A DNA stretch of 64,000 bases from assembly GCF_000143415.4 (NCBI RefSeq), contig NW_003314288.1, positions 1,058,047-1,122,046 of the forward strand, read 5' to 3'. This document shows, in pieces, positions 49,283-62,589 of this stretch (position 1 is its first letter; each line of letters begins with the position of its first letter). The notes beneath the pieces are model-generated. The model was not told the DNA's origin and searched no databases. It saw nothing but the letters and a program-made list of their open reading frames with translations. This DNA is from Selaginella moellendorffii (taxonomy: Eukaryota; Plantae; Lycopodiophyta). Position numbers and translations under genes: made by a program.

Positions 49283-52200
49283 TGAACCAAGGCAGAGACA
49301 GAACCTCCGCCAGAGCTGGAGCCTCCAGTCGAAGAAGAGGCTATGGATGAGGAATCCTTGCATGAGGAGGACTCTAGTGAGGAAATTTCCAAACAAGAGT
49401 CCGGTGGCGAGGTTCGGTCATCCAAGGCTTGATTGGATATTCTAGAAGGACAATTGGCACAGACCAATGCCCTGCTGGAGACTCTCGTACGCAAGCTAAA
49501 GCGTGACAAGAAGCGGAAGAAAAAGAAAAAGACTACGGATGCTGACAGCGCAGAAGGTGTAGACCCTTCGGCAGGGACTGAGGCAAAACCAAACAAGGTT
49601 GAACAGACCGAAGTGGAATTAGTCCCTCAAGCAGTTCCCAAGTACAAACCAAAGTCCCCACCGGTCTTCAAGGGAGTGAACGACTATAAAGTGGTGGAGG
49701 ATTGGTTTTACGATATGGAGGACTACTTCCGAGCGTTGCGGTTACCAAGCTCGGAGAAGGTCCCATGTGCAAAACCATACTTGGCAGATAATGCCAAGTC
49801 TTGGTGAAGAACGACAAAGGCCAACGAAGGACCGGTGGCCACTTGGGAAATGATAAAGACGAGGATCCGCACAACTTACGTTCCTCCGAATGCTACTCTA
49901 CATCTAAGAGACGAGCTGAGTAAGCTGAAGCAGACCGGAACCATTCAGGAGTATGTGAATGGGTTTATGGCAAAGAGGATACTTGTCACGGACATGGGGG
50001 ATATGAATGCGTTCCATGCCTTCATATCAGGCTTGCAAACCTGGGCTCGCGGTGAGGTGATGCATTGGAACCCGACCAACTACAAGGAAGCGTTGGATGC
50101 GGCCATCAAGGTGCATTTCAATGATAATCTGCGAAACGGGAACACGACGGGGTTGGAGTCCACGTTTAGCAAAGGGGCCAAACCAAGTGGAATATATAGC
50201 AAAGGGAAATTCAAGAAGAGTTTCTCTAAGAATGAGTCCTCAGGGTTCCGGAAAGGCAAATTCGATGGCCAACAAGCAAGTACGTGGGGGAGTTAAGCAA
50301 AACAAGACAAACCCACGGATAAGAAGATTAAGTCGTATAGTAGTGTGGGAAACAACGTATGCTACAAATGTGGTGAAGCGGGACACTTTTCGAGGGAATG
50401 TCCCCACCCAAAGAAGGCCAGAGCCAATATGGCCATTAAATCAAGTGAAATCCAAAGGGAGGTATGTGATTCAATCCCTAGCTCAAAGTTACTCATTACT
50501 TGAGCAACTTTGGTAAAGAGTCATTCGCAACATCTACTAGCCCTCCGAGGGAAGTTCGGAGGTAGCTTTGTTAAGATCCTTATTGACACGGGTGCTTCAG
50601 ATAATTTTGTGGCTATAGACATAGTCCGGCAAGCCAGACTAACAGTGCAGTGGCTGGGCAAACCAAGGACTATAGAGTTTGTTCAAGGTAGCCAAAGCAC
50701 CGATGAGGTACTTCGACAAGCGAGAGTCGAAGTAGGGATTTGGAAAGTAGACATGGATTTCACCGTGTTAGACATGGCAGGATTTGACGTGATCTTCGGA
50801 ATGGATTGGTTCAATCGGTTCATGGTAGCCCTGCATGGACAAAGTAGGAACTTTGTGGTACTAGTGAATGCCCAAGGAAGAAGATCTAGGGTGGAGGCCC
50901 AGGATCTAAAGGTAGGGCAATGTAAGGCCAAAAATTCCTTCCTAAATCTGGTGTCCACAAGAGGACAACTCACTAAAGGGACCAAGGTAGCATTTTTGTG
51001 CTTACTCTCGGTGAAGAGTGACAAAAATATGGGAACAGAAGAAGTACCTTTAGTGATCCAGCGGGTGTTGGACCAATTCCAGGATACCATGTCGGAGGAG
51101 CTACCGGTGAGGTTGCCCCCTGTACGACCAATAGAACATAAGATTGAGCTAGTTGAGGGTGCTGAGGTGGTGGTTCGTCCCCCCTATCATTTGAACGAAA
51201 AGGAACTCGAGGAGCTCAAGTGCCAACTAGAGGAGTTGGTGGACAAAGGGTATGTTAGGTTGAGCAAGTCGCCGTATGGGGCACTAGTGTTATTTGTGAA
51301 AAAGAAAGATGGATCTATGCGCATGTGCATAGACTACCGGTTGCTGAACAAGTATACAAAGAAAAACAAGTACCCTTTGCCAAGGATTGAGGACCTATTC
51401 GATAGGCTGGGAAAGGCAAAATACTTCTCGAGGATTGACCTGAGGTCAGGATACTACTATATCAGGGTAGCAGAGGAAGATGTCGAGAAGACAACCTGTC
51501 GAACCAGGTATGGGAGCTTTGAGTCCTTGGTGATGCCCTTTGTGCTGTGCAATGCGCCAGCAACATTTTTGGCGCTGATGAACCACATCTTTGTACCCTA
51601 TCTAGATCACTTTGTGGTTGTCTATATCGATGACATCCTGATCTATAGCGAGATGCTAGAGGAGCATGCCGAACACTTGACAAAGGTGTTTGAGAAACTA
51701 AAGGAACAAAAACTGTATGCTAAAGAGCAAATGTGACTTTGCTCAACAAGAGGTAAAGTTTTTCGGGCATGTGGTGGGCTAGGACGGGCTCAAGGTGAAC
51801 CCAGAGAAGGTCTAAGTGATCCAGGAATGGGAGCGACCATCGAATGTACATGAGTTGAGGGCGTTCTTGGGGCTATGCAACTACTACCAAAAGTTTATCA
51901 AACATTATTCGAAAGTATCCCTGCCCTTAACGGACTAAACGAGAAAAGGGAAGATGGTATGGACAACGGAATGCGAGGCGACATTTGTCCACTTCAAAGG
52001 GAAGTTGAGGAAGGCTCCTGTGTTGGCATTACCAGACTTTGGTAAGGACTTTGAGGTAGAAACGGATGCTTGAGACTTTGCGTTGGGTGTAATTTTGAAG
52101 CAAGACAACCATCCAGTAGCGTTCTTCTCGAAGAAGTTGGACAAGGCTCAACAGAAGTGGCTTGCCCACGAGAAGAAATTGTTTGCGGTGGTCAAGGCGC

Positions 52201-54032
52201 TCAAGGACTGGCGACACTACCTTGGGAGACACTTCAAGGTTTACACGGACAATATGGCAACGAAACACTTCTTGTCACAGCCCGACCTGAGAGAGAAACA
52301 GGGTCGGTGGGCCAATGCTTTGGCTGAGTTTGATTGTGAGATTTTGTACAAGCCTGGGAAGAGCAACATCGTGGCAGATGCACTCAGTCAAAAAGCAAGC
52401 TTGAAGTTGGTGATATCCAGCGCAATAGCAACCTTTTGGGACGATGTGCGGACAGCATATGAGAACGATGGTATAGCACAAGAAGTGTTGCTGAGGAATC
52501 TAGAGGCACGAGAAGCTCACTAGAGAGGTGAGCTGCCAACAGAGGAGAAAACGGGCTATGCAGAACGCAACGAACTCATCTATTACAAGCAAACGAGGGT
52601 GTATGTTCCAGAAGGGGAATTAAGGAAGGTAGCATTAGAAGAGTGTCATGACAGTCCTCTTGCGGGACATGGCAGAGTGCCCAAGATGATGGGCTTACTC
52701 AAGAGGAAGTACCACTGGCCAGATATGGCTAAGGACGTCCAAGACTATGTAAAGACATGTCCAACATGTCAGCAGGTCAAAGCCGTGACTAAGGCTAGTG
52801 GGGGCTTGTTGCAAAGCATCCCAATTCTAGATCGTCTGTGGAAATGTCTTACAATGGACTTCATCACAAGACTCCTCCCAAGCGAGGGGTTTGATGCGAT
52901 ATTTGTGGTGGTGGACCGATTTTCAAAAATGGCACATTTCATACCCACCACAACAGAAGTGGATGCGAAAGGTGTGGCGAAGCTGTTCTTCGAACAAATG
53001 GTTCGAGTGCAGGGAAGGCCGGAAGAGATCATCTCAGATCGAGATAAGATCTTCACTAGTAGGTTCTGAAGGACTCTCCTGGAACAGTATTGCACCAAGT
53101 TGAAATTCAGCACAGCCTATCACCCACAAACAGGTATGGGGTAGTAAGTCAAGTTTGATGGCACTAACACTTCTTGACAGATGGACAAACGGAAAGGGGG
53201 AATAGGCACCTGGAAGATTATTTGCGATGCTATGTCTTGGGAGACCAGACCGATTGGGTAAGTCATTTGGGACTTACGGAAATATGTTATAACAACTCAC
53301 CACATTCGAGTATCGGGGTGAGTCCATGGGAAGTCATTAATGGGCGAGCTATTGAAGGTCCTGTGGAACTCGGCGTGGCCGAGTATCATGGAGAGTTACC
53401 TGCAGTGGAGGCATTCAAGGCGGAAATACTCAAACTTTGGAATCTAGTGAGGGATTCCTTGGAATGGGCTCAACAAAGGCAAACCAGGTATGTGAACCAA
53501 AAGCGCCGGGATGTAGAGCTCTAAGCTGGGGAGAAGGTGTGGCTGAACACCAAGAACCTCAAGCTACCAAGTGGGATCAGCCGGAAGTTGACCCAAAGGT
53601 ATAAATGCATGTATTCCTATAAATGAATTGATCTTGAGTTCCTTAAGCATGTTTCCGGGGCCTTATGAGATTAAGGCACGAATCGGTAAAGTGGCTTACT
53701 GTCTCTGACTTCCTCGAGAGATAGGGAAGATGCACCCAGTGTTCCACATGAATTTACTCAAGCCGTACTTTGAGGATTCGCTTCGCAAGGACCAAGTAAG
53801 ACCTTTACCTGAGGTTATCCAAAGGGAAGAGGAATACGAAGTCGAGGCCATCCTCAATGCGCACAAGAGCAAGCGACAAGGACGCAAGATGAGAGAGTTC
53901 CATGTGAAGTGGAAAGGATTTCCACATTGTGAAGCAACATGGGAACCGGGGGAGAACCTAGCGAACGCGCGAGATCTAGTGGAGGAATTTCTGCAAGGCA
54001 GAACTCTATGTACTTATGCAAAGTTCAATTAA
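49283..54032 (+). pseudogene. Chromovirus gag-pol (multiple stops and frameshifts)
   Basis: ORF fragments 49433-50296 (gag), 50510-51736 (PR-RT), 52083-52523 (RNase H), 52599-53524 (integrase) and 53730-54032 (chromodomain EYEVEAIL...VKWKGF...TWEP). Confidence 0.9.
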
Positions 54033-55316
54033 AGTATCAAATTTGTGAAGTTGAGCATTGGCATATGTTGGGACCCGAAGGCGCGCCGAAGGTAAGCTAA
54101 TTAGCATGAGTTAGCTAGGTCGACCAGGCATAAAGAACTACGCCCGACTCCCCACAGGGATGTCAAATCCATAGACGTATTCTACGGAGGTTGGGTTCAA
54201 GTCTCAACCCCCTAGTAAAGCAAGGCTGGGTTCAAGTCCCGACCCCATACTAGGGCGTGGTGAGGTGAGGGGTATAGGGACACCTATATTCCATTGTCAT
54301 GGGCTCTTGGCCGGGGAGGCTAACTTAGGCACACCGCTAAGTGGGGGGATGCCCCCGGAGACATGGTCAACAAGTTGTAGGATAAAAAGAGACATTCGAT
54401 GTCAGCATCGAACTTCTTTTATGGGTGGTGGAGTTGTAAGAGGAATATGAACTCGAGGCCATCCTCAATGTGCACAAGAGCAAGTGACAAGGACGCAAGG
54501 TGAGAGAGTTCCATGTGAAGTGGAAAGGATTTCCACACTACAAAGTTACATGGGAACCGAAGGAGAACCTAGCAAACGCGCGAGATCTAGTGGAGGAATT
54601 TCTACAAGGCAGAACTCTATGTACCTATGCAAAGTTCAATTAAAGTATCAAATTTGTGAAGTTGAGCATTGGCATATGTTGGGACCCGAAGGCGCGCCGA
54701 AGGTAAGCTAATTAGCATGGGTTAGCTAAGTCGACCAAGCATAAAGAACTACGCCCGACTCCCCACGGGGATGTCGAATCCGTAGACATATTCTACGGAG
54801 GTTGGGTTCGAGTCCCAACCCCCTAGTAAAGCAAGGCTGGGTTCAAGTCCCGACCCCATACTAGGGCGTGGTGAGGTGAGGGGTATAGGGACACTTATAC
54901 TCAATTGTCATGGGCTCTTGGCTGGGGAGGCTAACTTAGGCACAACGCTAAGTGGGGGGATGCCCCCGGAGACATGGTCAACAAGTCATAAGATTTTACA
55001 AGAGACGTTTGATGTGGGCATCGAACTTCTTCTATGGGTGNNNNNNNNNNNNNNNNNNNNNNNNNNNNNNNNNNNNNNNNNNNNNNNNNNNNNNNNNNNN
55101 NNNNNNNNNNNNNNNNNNNNNNNNNNNNNNNNNNNNNNNNGAGTGCCAATGGACATTGTCGATGCTTCAAGTCTAGCTTCCATCACGAGTTCAAGCAACT
55201 TTGTCGGGAATGGATGGATGCACCAACTAAAAAGGAGCACGAGGTCAAAGCAAATGAGATACGCATATAGTGGCGTAAAGGAGACAAAGTGCCAATTGAA
55301 CACCTTCCACAAATGA

Positions 55317-56087
55317 AGTCGAGTCCGAAGTTGAGTCCGAGATCAGGGGGGCTGCAGGGGGTTCCAAAAGTATAGTAGGGATAGTGAGGTCTAGGAACCA
55401 ATCTTGAAGGAACTTTCCAGTGGTGCTTCCAAACTGACTTGAGGTTGAGATTGAGACCAAGGGGACTTGGGTGGGAGTGAGCATGGACTCGGGTGGTGCC
55501 AAAGGGGCCACCCAAGGAAGTGCTCAAGAGCAGCTCTCACTCCCAAAAGGGAAATCAACTACGGTGCTCTCGGCTCATGTGAAGTGGTGCCCCACTTGAG
55601 TACCTTGTGGCTCATTGGTCCTCACCCTTCCTAGGGGCTTGGGCCTTCCCTTCAGGATAGAAGTGCAGGGGGTAGAGGTACCCATACCGGGCCGTTAGGC
55701 CACGATGTTTCGCCCTGGCGTCATGAAGCAAGTGTTGCACCCAAGGTTTGGGATTTAGAGAGTCCCATGATCAAGTCTCGTTGTACCAAAGGGTGTTAGG
55801 AACTTGGAGGCTTGGTGTGCTTGGCTGCTTGTGCCTGCGGGGAGTATAGCCGAACCTTAAGTCCAGTCTAATCTGGGGAGGGGGATTGGGCGAGATTTTG
55901 GAATCCGTGGATAGATGGCTAACACTCTATTGCTCGTGTAGTGAATAGCTGAAACCAAGTAGAACCAAGTAGGAGCTGGTACAATAGGCAGAAACCTTGG
56001 CGAGGGAACTTAGCAAAAGCCAAGGCAGTGTTGGTCGGATAGACGAGGTAAGCTGGCAAATTGGAAAAGAAAAATTTGTGGTTTACA
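55317..56087 (+). repeat. 3' LTR (5' part lost in gap or replaced)
   Basis: Collinear with the 5' LTR from the hexamer repeats to GGTTTACA. Confidence 0.85.
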
Positions 56088-57654
56088 TATTAAAGGCAGT
56101 CCAACTCTTTTAGTAACATCATAAGAAAGAAACTCTTATTCAGTTGTATTTGAGGTTGCAAATGGAAGAGCCTCACAACAATTGTAATATGGAAGGAAAG
56201 ACCTTTTATAATGAAAAGAAGAATTGTTGTATAGAGGTGGAGGTGGATTATTACTTGAGCTTAGGGATGGAGGTGGAGATTCATATAACAGGCTTTCGGA
56301 ATCAAAAGTAAACTTTTTCTGAACCATTCCAACACACAAGAAAGAATTAAACTCTCCAACAATAAGAATTATTTGATAACTATATTGTTTGGTATTGACT
56401 AATATACTACATTTCAATCTTGGGAATGAGGTTTTATTATGATATGCCAATATATTAAATCTTAATTGTTAGTTTTGGTAACGAGGCTATATATTAATTA
56501 CAACTTAATTTTAGAGATAAGTGGCTATACGGTTCTAGAAGCTAAAAACTAGCATATAATTAATCCATAGCCTTATTTTATATAGTTGGCTTGACATATA
56601 TAATAATGCCAAATGCATGTAAACACGTGAGTATGCCGTTTTGCAATATTACCTTGACTCTTTGATTCGTTTGCATCATATATACTACACACTTATACTC
56701 CTTGCAAAGATACAATATATCATGCTCATACAAAGAGGAATAGGATATATATAAAAAATTTACTTTTCTTTATAATATTTTAATGGATTACAAAAGGTAT
56801 TGAGACCTTTATAAAGTGGATTTATTAATGCTTTTTGTTGTGTTGTTCATTTCTTCTTTTCTTTTACTCTAGATTGCTAATAAAACCATTTTTATCAATT
56901 GTGATAGTGGTTTCTACATTCCCAAATGAGTAATATGGATCAAAAGTGTAATATAAAGATTGTGTTAGTGAAAAAAAATTAATATTCTCACATTTCTTTA
57001 TGCTAGATTTACTCACAGATTTTTTTATTTTTTTTTAATTTCCTATCTTTATAAAACCCTAAAAAATGAATAAGTGAATCAGTGTTTTGAATTATTTATA
57101 TATTTCTAATCAGTTGTTGAAATATATCAAAATGTCAAAATGTCAAAATATTAACATGTACAATAGAAATTTCAGGTTCGTGCGAAATTAAATATTCCCA
57201 TTTTTATTTGGGACCAAAAAAGCTCTTTCTAACAAGAACATTATGAATGCAAAAAATAATTATATAGGTTCCGATGAACTTATAATTCTAGAAACTATTC
57301 AATCAGTATTTTATTGTTTAGGTTGCATTAGAAACTAGAAGTTTTTTCTATAAATAAATTCAAAAAATAGAAATTCTCCAAACCATTGACAATTAAATTC
57401 ATGAATTTCAAGTTCACCAAAGAATAACATTTTCTTGACATAACATTTTCTTATAAAACTTATGGTTGACTATATTGACTAACATTGACTTAAGCTAAAT
57501 TGAGCTCAACTCAAGTTTAGACTATGCCCATTATGCTAAGAGGATTGATTGCTAAGCTTTCAAAGAAGCACATATTCTTTCCATGATAAAAAATGCATTT
57601 CTTAGCAATACACTCAATTTTTCCACCATAATAATAATAAACTATGGACATGTG

Positions 57655-59137
57655 TCACGAATATGACTTTGGGTATTGAAAGTTACCTATCGGCTAGTCC
57701 TTTTAGATATTTTTTCCTTACTACCACAACGGCAGAAGGTTGGTATTGCTGGACCCATTATCAGTCTCCGCCTAAGGTAGTTGAGAAACTGATCTTCACG
57801 TGTGCACTTGACCAGATGAGCATAAGGAAGGAATTCCTAAGTGCTATTAGTCAAGCATACTTGACTTAGTTAAAGAAACTCATTTGTGGACTTGCACTTG
57901 CTAGTGTTAGGAACCCCCGTGATATTAAGCTTGGTCCCTCAATATTCGCTAAATGATAATTTACCATGTTTGCCAAACACCCTCACTATTATACCCTTTT
58001 ATGTTAGTCTCATTTTAATCTCAAATGTTAATTATGGAAAGTGTCTAGATTTGCTTATTTGGCATATTTACGGAATGTAGAAATTGTCTTGAACACAATG
58101 GTGTTTATCCCGTGTCCAAATTCGCAATCTAGCACCATTCCATATTTAGTAAGTTTCAAGCTTGTCCCAAAGACTAACTTATATTAGTGTAACTTGCAAC
58201 CATACCTGAGCTCAGAGTGTCATTAGAGGTAACATAACTACTAGAAAAGTCTGCTACACTCAAAACTGGTAGGCTGGCTCTATACCTCACCTTCTCACCC
58301 ATCATCCATCCTTGAAGTACTATATTGTTTGACTCTTGCATCTCATCAACCAGCAAAACTAACACCATTGCTAAGTTGAAAGTATTCTTGTCAATTGGAA
58401 CTATCTCTAATGCTTGCAATCGACCCTTCCTATTATATAAGGTGGCAGTTACATTTTTGCTGAAATGTGCATCAAACCTTGATCCCAAAATGTATGAGTA
58501 GAAGCTTTATCCAGCCACTCTTGTCCCAAGAGCAGTGAATATGACTGAACCGAATCTGCCCGGCCATCTTATGGAAAATCCAGTGGCAAAATATCAAGTT
58601 GAACTTGCACCCCATCCAGATCAATTGTTGTAGCTTTAATCAATCTAGCAGGTTTGACCTGATGCTGAGAAAACATCTTAAGGATAATTGAAGTCTGAGT
58701 GTTGGAATCAATTTGCAGCTGCCAACAGATGTGTGTTGGCATAATATTTGTTCTTGAACCAGAGTCTGTGATTGCTTTAGGCACACGTTTGCCATTGACC
58801 AGATTGTAGCAAAAAGCCTCTGGATCAACCAGACGCGAGTGATCCACCACATGAATTCCCGCTTGATGCAGATTATATATCAGATTCTCTATCATCTACG
58901 AAGCTACTCTAGATAAAGAAAACTCATTTAAAAGGTGTGGAGCAATCTGAAGAATTGTGCCATGGTGATTGTTGGCCTTAGTAGATATAAATCCTCAAGC
59001 AAGGGGTATGGTGTCACAAGCAAGTGGGCAGGATCAATAGCAATTGAAGGTGGAAGTGGTTTCAAGGAGGGCATTGCTTCTGCAGATTCCTTCTCTACCT
59101 GAGACGAACTGATGCTTGAGTCCAAAGTAGCTGGTCC
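57655..59137 (-). mobile_element. Degraded retroelement gag/protease fragment
   Basis: KAITDSGSRTNIMP...QLDILPL...LLGQEWL (aspartic protease); its 3' part is shared with the 18270-18810 repeat. Confidence 0.65.
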
Positions 59138-59918
59138 TACAGAATTGAAGTAAAGGTGTTTTTTAAAATACCAATTTGCATTGTAAAGAATACTCATTGT
59201 GCAATACCATCCCATATATTCAAATATGCCAGTATCAAAAAGTACCTTTTCTTCATCTAGCATATCATAAAGGACAAAACTACAATCTACTTGTAATATG
59301 GCTCTATAGCGAGCATTCTTAGATTCAAAGATATATGGATCAATAAAAGATGATCCTAAGGATTCAAAGCCACTAATTATGCTTGTCTCAAAAGGCCAAC
59401 AGTCTTCTAAATCTGAATACCAATCATGGATTAAAAAAGTGCTATTATTATGATTTTTAAATTGTATTGAAAGAGCTGAAATGTTGTAATGGTTTCCGTA
59501 AATGTTAAGGTTATTGTAACCTTTCTTGATATTAGGCCATGAAATATAATCAATTCCCAAGAGTTTCAAAATAACTAGCATTATTGCATAACCATTAATA
59601 CGAGATTCTAGTAAAATAGTTTTATAAATCATATTGTACTCATATTGCATGATATTAGAAGATAGAGTAATAGATTGGTTAGGAGATATTGAACAAGTGC
59701 TAGCTACCATTAAAGGAACAATGCTATAAAACCAAAGTCATATAGTAGCTTCATAATTATCTGTAACAGCAAGATTGTAAGTAAAACTCCGCCCTGCAGA
59801 GTAAAATTGATTTTTCTGAAGTGAATTAATAAGATTGGAGATAGCACTAGTAATTTTCCTTGTTTGTAGCTTGAAAAACCTCCCAAAATGCCGATCATCC
59901 CTTATTCTCATGCTAGCT
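59138..59918 (-). pseudogene. Truncated inverted copy of the bulb-type lectin gene, joined in frame to retroelement sequence
   Basis: Reverse complement of 60961-61741; frameshift near 59715; the frame runs FNSV|GPATLDSS... into retro sequence. Confidence 0.75.
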
Positions 59919-60874
59919 NNNNNNNNNNNNNNNNNNNNNNNNNNNNNNNNNNNNNNNNNNNNNNNNNNNNNNNNNNNNNNNNNNNNNNNNNNNNNNNNNN
60001 NNNNNNNNNNNNNNNNNNCTACATTGTTCTACCTGTTAGATTGCCTTGCTACTATATGACATCATTGTGTGTCACTTTGCTACTTAAGTTTGCTGGCATT
60101 GAAAGAAATTTTTAGCATGATTGCCAATGCACAATAAGTGCAGAAAATCAGATTTCTAGCAAAGTGGCATGGCAATTTGAAATAATATATATACCATTTC
60201 TAAGTACATGATTTCAAATATTTATTATTTGCACTGCAAACTGTAAGACACAAATTGCTAAGTCTCAAAGTGGAGCTGAAACTGAGCCACATGACAGTGT
60301 TATGGAAATGAATCTTAGTGAACTTTTGAGCTTAGGATTTCTTACATATTTTGTGTAAAGCAAAATTGAATAAAAAGGAGGCTCTCCAAATTTTATTGTG
60401 TGAAAATATATGTAATTAAGGGAAATTACATTTTTACCCCTAAAAGATTATAAAAATTACCAAATACCCCTAGAGAGTAATTTTTTAAATATCAAAACTT
60501 CAAAAGCTTTCAAAAAGAATAATACTTGTAATAGTTTAACTTTAAAAACTATTACACTTGTTGGATTGAATATTTTATTAACTTGTATTCTGGAGCCTTC
60601 TTAAATGTCAATATTGACGAGCTCTCTCATGTTATTTTTCCAAGTGGTTTCTCATATTTTATATCAAGAAATGTATTGTATCATGTTATTTTTCCAAGTG
60701 GCTTCTCATATTCTATATCAAAAAATGTATATTGTATCTATCCTATATTGAGAAACCACACAAAATAATAATGTGAGAGAGCTTGTCAATTTTAGAATTT
60801 AGGAAGGTTCCATAAGTTAATAAAATGTTTATAAGGTATATTTAACAAACTAATTACACAAAGTACATTCTGGT

Positions 60875-61888
60875 ATGAAAAAAATAAGCAAAGATATGAA
60901 AAAGAATTTAATATATCCTTTAATCATTATAGTGTTTATAAGAGTTTTTTTGACACCTCTAGCTAGCATGACAATAAGGGATGCTCGACATTTTGGGAGG
61001 TTTTCCAAACTAGAAACAATGAAAATTACTAGTGCTATCTCCAATCTTATTAATTCACTTCAGAAAAATCAATTTTACTCTGCAGGGCGGAGTTTTACTT
61101 ACAATCTTGCTGTTACAGATAATTATGAAGCTACTATACGACTTTGGTTTTATAGTATTGCTCCTTCAATGGTAGCTAGCACTTGTTCAATATCTCCTGA
61201 CCAATCTATTACTCTATCTTCTAATATCATGCAATATGAGTACAATATGATTTATAAAACTATTTTACTAGAATCTCATATTAATGGTTATGGAACAATG
61301 CTAGTTATTTCGAAACTCTTGGGAATTGATTATATTTCATGGCCTAATGTCAAGAAAGGTTATAATAACCTTAACACTTACAGCAACCATTACAACATTT
61401 CAACTCTTTCAATACAACTTAAAAATCATAATAATAGCACTTTTTTAATCCATGATTGGTATTCAAATTTAGAAGATTGTTGGCCTTTTGAGACAAGCAT
61501 AATTAGTGGCTTTGAATCCTTAGGATCATCTTTTATTGATCCATATATCTTTGAATCTAAGAATGCTCGCTATAGAGCCATATTACAAGCAGATTGTAGT
61601 TTTGTCCTTTATGATATGCTGGATGAAGAAAAGGTACTTTTTGATACTGGCATATTTTAACATATGGGATGGTATTGCACAATGAGTATTCTTTACAATG
61701 CAAATTGGTATTTTGAAAAACACCTTTACTTCAATTCTGTATACCATTGGTGCTAAGGGGCACCTGATTGCATACACACAGTTGGGTTGGTAGTAGAAGA
61801 TGATGGCCATATTGTGTTATATACAACAGATACTCAATTTATTGCATTTCGTGTTCCTTGGACAGGCTGGCCAAATATCTCAAAGTGA
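60875..61888 (+). pseudogene. Secreted bulb-type (GNA-related) lectin-domain protein with two in-frame TAA stops
   Basis: Hydrophobic N-terminus LIYPLIIIVFIRVFLTPLAS; FESKNARYRAILQADCSFVLY and LVVEDDGHIVLY resemble QxDxNxVxY repeats. TAA at 61658-61660 and 61754-61756; TGA at 61886-61888. Confidence 0.65.
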
Positions 61889-62589
61889 GTTTGATGATAT
61901 AAAATTTCTGACCTTAAATGATTAATTTTAGTGAAGTATTGATGCAAATAAATAAGGGGCATTTGATTGCATCAAACAATTGGGGTTTGTAGTAGAGAAT
62001 GATAGCCTATATAAAACATACACTCAAATGTTTATGTATTATGCTGCTTGCCTTGGCTGGCCAAATATCTCAAAAGTGAGCTTGATACCATAGACTTTCT
62101 TTCCTTAAATCAATACTTCCCTAAATTTCAGTAATTAATCAGAATAAAATGAACTTTATATTTGGCAATAACAATCACATTGGCCACTTCCTTTTGAGCT
62201 TTTTTCATTAAGGCCTTCTAAAGCAGCAAGATTGTCTAGCTAGAAGTAAAAAACAAGAATATAACATATTACCTATACATGAAATTATAAGAAATGTCCC
62301 AAAGGTAGCAAAAGTATAAGGGCATTGGCCATGGTGAGATGTCATGATATAAAAAATGAACACTCTTGATTGGAAATGAGTGTTTATCCCCATTTATGTC
62401 TTGGTTAAGGAGCATATCAAATCTGAGCTATATCACAAGATAAAAGAAGTTTTTACCTCATAAAACATTGTGTTAATATCACCTAACCATAGAAGGGAAG
62501 AAGAATGTCTTTGAGGTGGACAAGATATTCCTCTTTAAAGCTGCTCTTAGCCAATAGGTATTTTACAATCTTGAGGTTTCATATTTGTA

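Larger units (their letters stand above)
48093..56087 (+). mobile_element. Full-length Ty3/gypsy chromovirus with two LTRs (degenerate gag-pol)
   Basis: 5' LTR TGTAAG...CTTACA at 48093-49202; PBS TGGTATCGGAGCC; gag with CYKCGEAGHFSREC; LIDTGAS; YIDDIL; RNase H; integrase; chromodomain; PPT ATGGGTGGTGGAG; 3' LTR ends TTTACA at 56087. TSD CATTA/TATTA (1 mismatch). Confidence 0.92.

Noticed and set aside
54765-54825. Bona fide tRNA gene
   Set aside because: There is no D-arm, the acceptor stem is imperfect and the anticodon loop is non-canonical; kept only as a tRNA-like structure.
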